From NCBI RefSeq assembly GCF_036321535.1, contig NC_087436.1, forward strand, positions 41,108,001 to 41,172,000: 64,000 nucleotides of DNA, given 5' to 3'. The DNA comes from Camelus dromedarius. Taxonomy: Eukaryota. Positions within the stretch are counted from its first letter, which is position 1. The number at the start of each line of letters is the position of its first letter. Positions 53,130-64,000 of this stretch are shown here, in pieces. Below the pieces are notes generated by a model. That model was not told the origin of the DNA. It did not search any database and saw only the letters and a program-made list of their open reading frames with translations. Position numbers and translations under genes: made by a program.

Positions 53130-54349
53130 TACCTGCCAAAGGTGCAGGTGAAGGCCCAGCTTGGAAGAAGTACTCTGTGAGGATGGTATGCTGTCCTCCA
53201 AGAGGTATTAAGATTATTGAATCACAGACCTCTGTCTCTGCATCCTCCGTAGGAAGAAAACATGGATCTGGAAAGCAGAGATGAACTCTCTGACCATTAT
53301 ATCCAAAGATTCATATCTGGAATCCTGTCCTTGAACTCTGGGCTCTGCAGGGTTGGAGGGTCTCATGCTGAAGGGGATGGTATCTTGGCAGTTTCCAGTA
53401 CACTGTAAACTATGTAAGCTAGGCTACCACTTGGGTACTTTGGACTCCCATGGTCCAGGGATAAGTAGGTCAGAAGAGAACTCATCACAGTGACAGAGGA
53501 CACTGATTATGATTAAGAAGAGGTAGAGCTGCTGTCACACACTGGGGCGAAGAGGAATATGTGAGTAACTCAAGTAATCCACATGAACTCCTCTCCCTAA
53601 TTCCTTGCCTAACTGTGACTATGAATAAGTGCAGCAACTCCAGACTATGAAGAGTATAGTTACAAGGGACACAGGCTCCTCAAGAATTGCTGAGGCCAGC
53701 AGAGGCAAGGGGTATTTAGAATGGACAGTGATGAAGGGAAACTTTGTGTACCAACTGTAACCATGAAAACTATTCCAACAATGAGGGCTCTACTGAATCT
53801 CAGTAACCACCAATTCTGAGTTTATCCTTAAGATGAAAGTCAACTGGAACCCTGGAAGAGTGGCTCTCAAACACCTAACATGAATGAAGAAGGGGATATG
53901 TCTTGTGCAAGAAAAAGACAATGAAGGTCATGAAGGAGTGCTGCTTGGATTTCCCTTCAAGAAAGAACTTGCTACTCAGCTAATAGTACTTCCAGGATTC
54001 ACCCCAGCATTTGAAGTCCACTGCCTTCTCTTCAGGTATCCCTCAGCCAGGGGTTTTAATACAACAGGAGTTCTAAGCATTGGCTATTTCTAGCCAACAT
54101 GGCACCCCTCTAACAGGTAATCTTTACTTTGGTTCTTCCCATTGGGTTGACAGATAGACACTGATGTATGAGACTTCAGGTACAGAAAACTGCTTCAAAC
54201 ACTCTTTCCTTTCACAGTTGCATCTGAATCACATTTGAAGGCTTTCAGAGCCCGTCTATTTCTGTGTCCCTTAATCTTTATCAACAGTTATCCCAAACAA
54301 AACTCGTTCACACTTAACAATGACTGTTTCTTAGAGAAAACTACTGACA
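53130..54349 (+). mobile_element. ERVL internal 3' remnant plus LTR16B-like LTR (~53915-54349)
   Basis: 'cccttcaagaaagaacttgct', 'taatctttactttggttcttcccattgggttg', 'ttcctttcacag', end 'actactgaca' resemble LTR16B as recalled; purine tract 'gaagaagggg' upstream. Confidence 0.6.
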
Positions 54350-54616
54350 CTTTGGTCTTTGGTACCAAAATATTTGTATCAGGTAGCACTGAGTTTTAAT
54401 GTATCATCATGTGGTAAACAGTGCCATAATGAGATAAGGCATTGAAAGGAGTTAATTTTCTTTATAGTTTGCAGGAAATGGGTTTACATTATTGCCTGAA
54501 AAAAGCTTTTTATTAAGGTAAGTTTTCTATTACATTTTTTTCAGTGTAGTGTTCTAAAACTTTAACTTGTAATAACTTTAAGAAATTTTATTTGAGCTCA
54601 TTACATTGATTTAAAA

Positions 54617-54870
54617 CAGTGGTTCTTAACCAGGAGAAATTTTTCTCCCAAAGAGCATTTTGCAATGCCTGGAGACATTTCTGGCTGTCACAGCTTCATG
54701 TGTGGGTTTTGGGGTCTTTTTTGGGCAGAGGGGGGTTGAGGGCTGCTACTAATACCTAGTGGATAGAGACCAGGGATGTTGCTAAATATATTACAGTATA
54801 CAGCACAGACTTTGTCAATAAAGAATTACCCAGCCTAAAATACCAAGAATGCCAAATTTGAGAAATTCTG
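54617..54870 (+). mobile_element. MER20 hAT-Charlie DNA transposon
   Basis: 'cagtggttcttaacc...gcaatgcctggagacatttctggctgtcac...gagaccagggatgttgctaaa...tgagaaattctg'; degenerate 8-bp TSD atttaaaa/attcaaag. Confidence 0.85.
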
Positions 54871-57359
54871 ATTCAAAGGAATAATTTTCCATTTATCATC
54901 AACTGGTAATATAAATGTATTTTATTTATTCAAAAATATAAAGTATATTTCAACCAGACTTACTAATTAAATAGTTGATCAACTTAATAAAATAAACTAC
55001 TCAATCTATTTAGAACACAGACTTAGGTGAGTATATTTTATTCAAAAAGTTAAAAGTGAGAGAAGTGACAGAAATGAGAAAATGTAACAGAAGTCAAATT
55101 CAAGCAAATAAATGAAATGACTTCTGAACTGTCAAAAATTCTGTTTTGACTTCGGTATTAATGAAGCCCATGTTTTTAAGATATCAGTTTTCTTCAAAAC
55201 ACCTAGGGCTCAATTGTCTTCACTGTAGCTTTACCCAATTAAATACAAGAAATTTTCTACTTACATTTTTAAAAGAACTAGAAGTTAAGAATTCCATTCT
55301 GTTAAGAAATCAATGAAAATCGGCAAATTTAGATTCTTTTAATGCATTCATCATAAATACAACTAAAATTATGTATCATACTTTTGAAATATTAAATCCT
55401 TACATATATTAGCAATAATAGTTGTAAATAAGAAATATTGTTATTTTTAAATAAAATTTGAAAGATTGATTTGTGGATAATTTAATTATAATGGAATATT
55501 TTATAGAAAGAAAACACTGTGAACATTAAAATAGGCTAAATATATTTAAAAATTATGAGATTCATTTTTTCAGAAATCATTTCTTCAGTGTGTTCATGTT
55601 CAATTATTCTCACAGAAAAAAGATAAAATTTAATATTCATGAACAGATCTAAAACTATAATGTTTAAACTACAAAGATCTTTAGAACTGATTAAATTCTA
55701 TACATAACTCTTGAGATCAAGAAAGGAAAATGCAAAAACACTTCAATTATGTATCAATATCACCACTATCATCTCAGTAAAAAAAGATAATTACAATAAT
55801 TAAATTCCAAAGTCAAATGAACAGCAATAGGAATGGAGAAATTTGTAAATCTCTGACTTAGCTAAGCAGTTAGTTAAAATGACTTTCAAATAAATTTGTC
55901 AGTGTTCTGCCTAACTGTATTGTCACCTAAAATAATCATGAGAAGGAAGATACAAAAGTTGAACTTTTTTATTTTTTAATGTCCCAGATTACTTTCTAGG
56001 TAGTCTCCTTGAACTTTTTCCCATGGTCATTGCTAATCAGATAATTCATTATTGAAATGAAGCTCTGAAAAGTTTACAAGTAATACATTTCAATTTTTCT
56101 CGAGTGCCCAAATCCATTAATTCATTTAATTAGAAGTAAGAGGCATTGATTTTTGCAGCAACAATTTACATTAAAAGTAATGCACTTTTCAGTAATCAGG
56201 GACACTGAGCCACCACAGTCAATGGCTCATTACTCAAATACTGTAAAGGAGCATAGAATGGGATAATTAATAATTATGGCTTCAAATGACATTTTTCCTA
56301 GATTAACAAGTAATATAAAGGATTACATTGAACTAAATCTGTGACAACTCTAATTTCAAATATTAAATGTTCAAAAATATAAAATATTACAATATAAATA
56401 ATAAATAATTTCTGGGATTTCTTTGAAAGTATAAAAAGAAATTGCACCACTCATTATCAGATAATATACTATTATGCAAAGGGATGTCTAAAATCACAAA
56501 TCTAAGTTGTCATATATGTTTCTACATTTCCCCTGAGATATCCTTCACCAAATACCACTTCTATCTAATTAGGTTTTGGAGCTGGATATATATCACAATA
56601 TCCAATAGAAATCATAAAACAAATATATATAAAGTAGAGATGAAAACTTCACAGATATAGACATGATTCTTATCAGAATATGAATGGAAAAAAATTTCAC
56701 TCTTACTTTTTAAAAGCACATTCTAGTACTTACATATGTAGCTTTTAGCAATAGCTGTTGTGATGAGTCTATTAGCATGAACTTAATCCTTAAATACAAA
56801 ATTTTTCTTATAAAAATACCATCTGGGAGAAATGAATCTGATGACAATCTCCTTTAGAGAAATGTCTGATTACATCATTTCACCAGGACAACGTGCACTG
56901 TCATTCAGTCACCGAATCCGTCTGTCACTGGAAGGCGGGATGGCACAGTGGACACCTAAGCAACTTAATGGTTGCTTCATAGCCACTTTCATGTTTTACA
57001 GATGTTTGATTATTCATACTTTCTTCAAAGGGGGAAAAAGCTAGGTTCTTTGATTGCTTTGTAAAAATCAAATTGGGAGTATTCTACCTTTGCTAACAGG
57101 TCATCTCAATATTTAGTCAGTTGATATACTGTACCATCAAATGATCATTGTCAAGAATAGCTGACTATTAAAAAAAGTTTACAGATCATGGACCTAGACC
57201 GCTCATTGTCTTTTATGTATTAAATATCTGATATTTAAAATTAAACATAATTTCAGGTCCAATCAATATTCAATATTAGATCATACCAGATTTTTGATAT
57301 CATTCAAATCTGTATAGTACATTATAGGTTCTCTTACAACATTCAGCTTTCATTTGAAG

Positions 57360-58600
57360 TACCTATAGCAGTCATGATTTTATATGTATTTGCATGAATA
57401 TTTTATCAGTAATTTTTGGTCTAACAGTATTTTAAGCTTATAAATATAGGAACTGTATTTACTATTTGATAATTTATCTTCCCCTATCACTTAACATAAT
57501 GACTAACACATGGTAAGTTCTCAGCAAATAAAAGAGCTGTAAACAGTTGAATGGCTCAAATCCACCAACTCTCATAAATTTCTAGAGGGCACATTTTTTA
57601 GAGTCCTCACAACAACTCCTAGACCATATATGTAAATACTAGATCAACAATGAATTTTTATGTGCTCAACATAATAAAGTTGCATTCAGTTACATACATG
57701 AGGTCACTATGCCATCATCATCTCTCTGTCTATCATTATTGTAAATAGATGAGCCTTAAGTCATCGCATTTCACTGGTAAAGATAATTACTGAATTAAAT
57801 TCTTAAAACAATCCTAAATACATTGGCTTTCTTTTTTTCACTTATTCTTTATAGCTATCTTCCTTTTGGTTGACATTTTTACATGTCTTCAGCAGATATT
57901 TATCAAGTAAGCACTCTGTGCTCAAACACTGTGGTAGGTAGAGCTTTGCTACCATTATTGAAGAAAATAAACAGATACCTATTCCTGTGAAGTAGAAATT
58001 CTATAAGAAGCTCTAAAATATTAAAATGTATGACTTTCATTTACATAAAAATTGCTGAAGGACTCTCTCATCATAAACATATACATCTGCTCTGAATATG
58101 ATACATGAAAATACACACAGTAATCAGTATGCTAACTAAACAGTGCTCAGAGATTGAATTTATTGATAGGTAGATTTTATTCTGTTATTGTTGTTGATAG
58201 GCATGTCATTTGCAAAACAATGTAATTAAATGTTTTATTTAATGACTTCTGAGATTATTTAGGTAATGTACTAATCTTAACATTGTCGGAATTCTAATGG
58301 CATATATCCTATGCTAAATTTGGTAAAATTGCATATATTAAAGTTGAAGACTATGTATAATATTACTTAAATTATACAATTAATGATATTTTCAATGAAA
58401 TATTTCTCATGTAAATTACAAAGTTACTAAATGTGGTTAACCTATAGCCATTCATTCATCTAATCATTCATATATTCATACATTCAAAAATAATAAGTAT
58501 CATCTATGAATCAGACATTGTCCCTGAAATGAAAAAAGGAGAAAACTGCAATGTGCACAGCCTTAAAGACCTTAGAATAAAATGAGAACGAGTTAAATAA
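57360..58600. mobile_element. Scattered L2 3'-end fragments (~57360-57550, ~57880-58010, ~58445-58600)
   Basis: 'cattcattcatctaatcattca', 'cagcagatatttatcaagtaagcactctgtgctc', 'taacacatggtaagttctcagcaaata'. Confidence 0.5.
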
Positions 58601-59399
58601 GAGGGTGATAAAATCTTGGGAAGATACATATTTGCAATAATATCATCTACATACTATGTTTGACATCTACAATATCATAGGCAGCACTTTTATCAATCAC
58701 TTAATGTAATTACTTTGCAAAAGTCTTGATTTGTTCATTCTTTGATAAATATTAGTTGAAGTTCTATTGGGGAGGCAGACATTATACTTTAAGATCTTGT
58801 TAAAATGGTGAACAAGTTAAAAAGGTCCATATGCTTATGATATTTCCATTCTCTTTCAGAAAAGAAAAAGTAAATAGTAAATCTATTAAAAAGTAAAATA
58901 ATTAAATTGTGATAATTTTAATACACAGTCATCAGAAAGGTGATGATAGTTGACTGGTACAAGCTAAACATCTAATTTTTTTTAATATATGTAAAGGGTA
59001 TACTTTACCTTTCAGAAGTACATGGACAAAGCATTTCTCTTGGGTGAACTAAGCCAACAAGACCTTAGACCTGGTTCTTAAAGGCTACAACTTCCAGGAA
59101 AATCATCTTGTTTTTATCAAGAACAGATTTTATATACCTGCTAGGTCTCCCTCTGTAGAAACTGGTCTCATGACTCCTTGACCACCGGGGAAAACAACTG
59201 ATGATAACCATAACAATTTCTAAATCTTATGACAAAAGTTATATACCAGTCATTTTCACAGGGTTAAATTTTCAGTTTTATCATCTTCCTCAGTGGCCCA
59301 GCCTTTCCCTCACAAGAAGCCAATAATACCTGCTCTAATGAGGAAAACCGCAGGTGTTATAAAAGAGATTGAAAAACTTAACCCTGTATTATTTTAATG

Positions 59400-60080
59400 T
59401 AGTATTTATTATGTACAAAATGCATGCCACATACTTATGTGTTAAATCATACTAAAAAACATAAATATAATACTCCCAATCTCCAAACTAGCATGAGAAT
59501 TAAAATAGCATCTACCAAATTACAGACCCTCTTTTTCACACTGAAGTACAATTTTTTTTTCACTTTAGTGTTTGCTATTCCCATACTTTTTAAAGTGTAA
59601 CTTTGTCATTTATAGTTTGTGTCAAAAAAACCAAAATACTGTTTAGTTTTGCTGTATTTGTGCCATATAATGGTATCATATTGTATACAATCTTCTGGGC
59701 TATTCTTTTTATAATACATCTGAATACTTCCAACATATATCTAAATTGCTGGGTATAACAGATGTTTATTTTAACAAATGCATAATATTCTACCATGTAA
59801 ACATTCCATAATCTATTTATTTATTCTTCTCAAAATGGAAGGTTCTTGATTTCTTTTTTTGCTTTATTTTCATTCCTAAGAACAGTCTTTCAGACATCTC
59901 TCATATATAAACTTGAGCTTTTTAAGGTACTTAGGAATAGGATTACTTCTCATACAGATATACACTGCTCAACTTTAAAGATAATGTCAACTTATTTTCC
60001 AAATAATTTGTACCAATATAGAAACACACTATCCACATATTAGTATTGCCATTGCTCTATATATTTTTTCTCCCACTTGA
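59400..60080 (-). mobile_element. Ancient L1 3' fragment (L1ME-like)
   Basis: 'aatggtatcatattgtatacaatcttctg', 'cataatattctaccatgtaaacattccataatctatttat'. Confidence 0.6.
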
Positions 60081-60340
60081 GCTGTGAGATTAAAAGTGAT
60101 TGGCCCTAGGTCTCATCCACTTAAAATTTAACGTCATTGGCTCTTATATGAAGGAAAAATAAAGATGAAGTGAATGAATAAAATATAAAGAGATGAAAAA
60201 GTGCAGAAGTTAAGAATCAAGTAAGTTACAATCAATTAACTATTAAATCTAATAAGATTTAATCAAGGTTGCTATCATCCAAAATATAAAAATGACAAAC
60301 AAGTCTTTATGATAATTAAAACACCAGAAAATACCATATA

Positions 60341-61502
60341 TCTGACATACATTTAAAAAATTTTCTCCTAGAAGAAATAAAAGCAAGAATAAACAAATGG
60401 GACCTAATGAAACTTACAAGCTTCTGCACAGCAAAGGAAACCAGAAATAAAACAAGAAGAAAACCTACGGAATGGGAGAAAATTTTTGCAAGTGAAACCG
60501 GCAAAGGCTTGATCTCCAGAATATATAAGCAGCTCATACGACTCAATAAGAAAAAAATAAACAACCCAATCCAAAAATGGGCAGAAGACCTAAACAAGCA
60601 ATTCTCCAAGGAAGACATACAAATGATCAAAAAGCACATGAAAAAATGCTCAATATCACTAATTATCAGAGAAATGCAAATCAAAACTACAATGAGGTAT
60701 CACCTCACACCAGTCAGAATGGCCATCATTCAAAAATCCACAAATGACAAATGCTGGAGAGGCTGTGGAGAAAGGGGAACCCTCCTACACTGCTGGTGGG
60801 AATGCAGTTTGGTGCAGCCACTATGGAAAACAGTGTGGAGATTCCTCAAAAGACTAGGAATAGACTTACCATATGACCCAGGAATCCCACTCCTGGGCTT
60901 GTATCCAGAAGGAAATCTACTTCAGGATGACACCTGCACCCCAATGTTCATAGCAGCACTATTTACAATAGCCAAAACATGGAAACAGCCTAAAGGTCCA
61001 CCAACAGGTGACTGGATAAAGAAGATGTGGTATATTTATACAATGGAATACTACTCAGCCATAAAAACCGACAACATAACGCCATTTGTAGCAACATGGA
61101 TGCTCCTGGAGAATGTCATTCTAAGTGAAGTAAGCCAGAAAGAGAAAGAAAAATACCATATGAGATCGCTCATATGTGGAATCTAAAAAACAAAAACAAA
61201 AACAAACAAACAAAAACAAAGCGTAAATAAAGGACAAAAATAGACTCACAGACAGAGAATACAGACTTGTGGTTACCAGGGGGGTGGAGGGTGGGAAGGG
61301 ATAGACTGGGATTTCAAAATTGTAGAATAGACTACACTGTATAGCACAGGGAAATATACACAAAATGTTATGATAACTCACAGAGAAAAAAATGTGACAA
61401 TGAGTGTGTATATGTCCATGAATAACTGAAAAATTGTGCTGAACACTGGAATTTGACACAACATTGTAAAATGATTATAAATCAATAAAAAATGTTAAAA
61501 AA
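60341..61502 (+). mobile_element. Young 5'-truncated LINE-1, copy C (open ORF2 C-terminal frame, 3'UTR, A tail)
   Basis: ORF 60407-61186 runs uninterrupted to the natural ORF2 end ([18 protein letters not shown]...[10 protein letters not shown]); perfect 15-bp TSD agaaaataccatata (60326-60340, 61503-61517). Confidence 0.97.
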
Positions 61503-61517
61503 AGAAAATACCATATA

Positions 61518-62480
61518 ATATACTATTAATGATAGCAATAAAGATCTTAATCTAAAAATCAATGAATTCAAACAAATGTTCACAAATGTATCCTTAAAAG
61601 AAGAAATTAAACCTTTAATAATAGAAGTTTTATCTAAACCATTCTATAGTTTGAGAGGAGGACAGAATTCTTTATAGATGCCAATTCTCCCCAAATTACT
61701 TTATAAATAATTTCAATCTTCATAAAGTTTTCACTTGAATTTTTGAGCAACTTGAATAAATAGTTTACTCTAAAATTTGTAAACAGAAGAGATGTCATCT
61801 AGAGCTAAGCAAATCTTAAGAAAAGATAGGGAAATTACTTACCCTATAAAATGCACTACAAAGCCACATTTATCAACTATGAGGTACCAGATTAAAAACT
61901 GACCACTGAAATAGACTAATGAATGCAGAGTCAGGCTGCATATGGAGTCTTCCAGCGTGATGTTACACAAGAAGAACTGGGAGTTTTATCATGTTTGGAG
62001 ATAGAATTTGATCAAAGACTTTTATAGCATCTGTTACGATCATATTTTCCTTAATTCACTTATATGAAGAATTATACTTATAGATTTACTAATACATCAT
62101 GATTGTAATTTTGATATATACTCAACTTGATTATGGTATATTTTTATATTTTGTGAATACTATGTTTGACAACTTTGCATATTTATTTGTGAGATTTATT
62201 TTATATTTTTGTGCTCTAATGTATTTTCAAGATTATAATGGCCTCATGGTTTCACCTGGGTAGTATTTCCTCCAATTATTTCTTGGGAAGAGTTTTATTA
62301 GGCTCAAATCATCTATTACTTGAAAATTTGGAAGAATTAAGTCTCTGTCTTTGGAGGGAAAGATTGTTGCTATTAAATAAATATTGTTAAGTATAGGAAT
62401 CATCAGGATGTTATCTACATTTGATTCAGTACTAGTATATTTTTAAACATTTTACATCTTTATTTTTCATCACCAATATT
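61518..62480. mobile_element. Ancient L1 ORF2 remnants (plus strand to ~61950, then minus strand)
   Basis: 'gatgccaattctccccaaatt', 'ctaagcaaatcttaagaaa'; then T-rich antisense-like sequence. Confidence 0.5.
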
Positions 62481-64000
62481 ACTTTCTACTCTGTCAATTC
62501 TATTTCTTTTTAAATCTAAAATTGTCCAGTAATTTTACAGTGGTAATTGATTCCAAATGCTTTCTTTAGCTCACCAAAGAAGTTTGAACATGATTTTGTC
62601 TTCCTACTTCACTTTAATACACTTTATATAATAATTTATTTACATTTTAGCCAAATGTACAGAGTACAGGTAAATGGAACTTTTTTTAATAACTGATCTT
62701 CCTCTTATGCATCCCTATCTGCAGCACACAGAATAAGACAAAAATAAAGTACATTTGACCAATTAAATTTGATAAACACACTATAATTCTGAAGTATGTG
62801 TCTAAGTAAAGCCTCTTAGACTATGCAATCTCCTCAATTACTAAAAAAAAAAAAAAAAAATCAATATAATCTTTTCTCAGGTAAGTTGTACTCTTATCTT
62901 TTTATTTCTCTGCCTTTCCTTCCCTATGATATCCAGAAACTAGCTGCAGATTTTCATCATTCTACATTATTTTCTTCTTTTGCTTTAGGAAGCCTCCTCC
63001 AGCTAAAATGACAAATGGCATTTAGAAAGGCAATATAAATCAATGAGCATTTTAAAAGTATTGTGCTTTTAAATTCTGTGAGCAGTCATGTTCTTTAATT
63101 TCTCTGAGACAGTGAATCTTTTGTAATTAACATTTTTATATTAATTGGAAAAGAAATCAATTTTTCTTTTTAATTTGTTAGACTTTAACTCTCTTATTCA
63201 GATAAGAACGTTGATGGCAGCAGCAGTCAATGACTTTATGGCTTTTCTCTTTCTTTGAAACCCCAGGTAAAGCTCTGCCTCATCTCCTTTTATCCAGGCC
63301 ATAGCTGAGGTCACAGAATGGCCCTTGAGATTTGAGATTATTCCCCAGTGTAGATTGAGTTGAAGAGGTCTTATTGTGCAGCCTGAAGTTTGTATTTCTT
63401 TCTTTCCCATTTCCCTGCATGTGAGCAATTTTTCATTTCCAAAATGCTGGAATATTCTTTTCTACATCAAATTTTTATCTTCAGTAGGGACTGGAAAAAG
63501 TAAGTCCTTCAAGATTGCATACTGAGTGATGTCAAATAGTCCTAGCAGTTTGGTTGAAAGTTCTAACCCAGAATGGTCAACTTCCAGCTACAAAAACAAG
63601 AAATAATAGAAAAAATAAACCCTAAATATTTTAAATCTATATATATTCTCAGAAGAAAGAAAATAAAGAAAAAACACACATACAAAAAGAAAGGTCATAT
63701 TGGGTCAAGTACAGGGTTCAAAGGGTAATGGTTGAGGCTTTCGTATCTACATGGAAGAGGTCTAGTTTGAGTTCTGGGAGCTAGAACTGAACCCACAGTG
63801 AGAAGCAAGTAACCCCAAGGTAAACGTAGGCTCACTGTTATTTTTAAAAATGAGCCAGGAAAAACTGTGCTCACTCAAGGAAAGTACAGTTTCTTTCCCT
63901 TTCCCTTTTATTTCTCATTTTTTCTCACTAGGTTAGCCCAGGTTTTCTTTTTCTTTCTATTTTTTTTCCTTCCTAGACCATCTGAAAGAAGAAACAAAGT

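Noticed and set aside
63201..63266. Possible 66-nt coding exon (ttattcag| ... cag|gtaaag)
   Set aside because: Stop codons occur in all three frames.

Overview
AT-rich, repeat-dense mammalian DNA (gene desert or deep intron). It is most likely camelid, judging by a Vic-1-like tRNA-derived SINE and camelid-type young LINE-1 3' ends (recognised from memory, not by database search). I find no credible host protein-coding exon, RNA gene, CpG island or CRISPR array. The longest ORFs are LINE-1 ORF2 fragments or their antisense shadows, and the rest look like chance ORFs. The window holds three young 5'-truncated L1 copies (A ~30009-31720 minus, B 47405-50401 plus, C 60341-61502 plus), many old L1/L2/MIR fragments, MaLR/ERVL/ERV1 LTR relics (including an LTR-int-LTR MaLR), hAT/TcMar fossils and microsatellites. 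The strongest observation concerns inverted L1 copies A and B, whose cores lie ~18 kb apart. They share an 819-bp tract that is identical by hand alignment and carries the same two in-frame nonsense mutations, while their outer parts differ by roughly 10%. This points to non-allelic gene conversion between inverted repeats (a candidate inversion-toggling locus) or to an assembly artefact. Also notable: an older L1 whose 5'UTR is fused directly to its ORF2 3' end between degenerate TSDs, a tandem double hairpin with an H-box-like hinge, and a MITE-like palindrome. I see no convincing new gene system.
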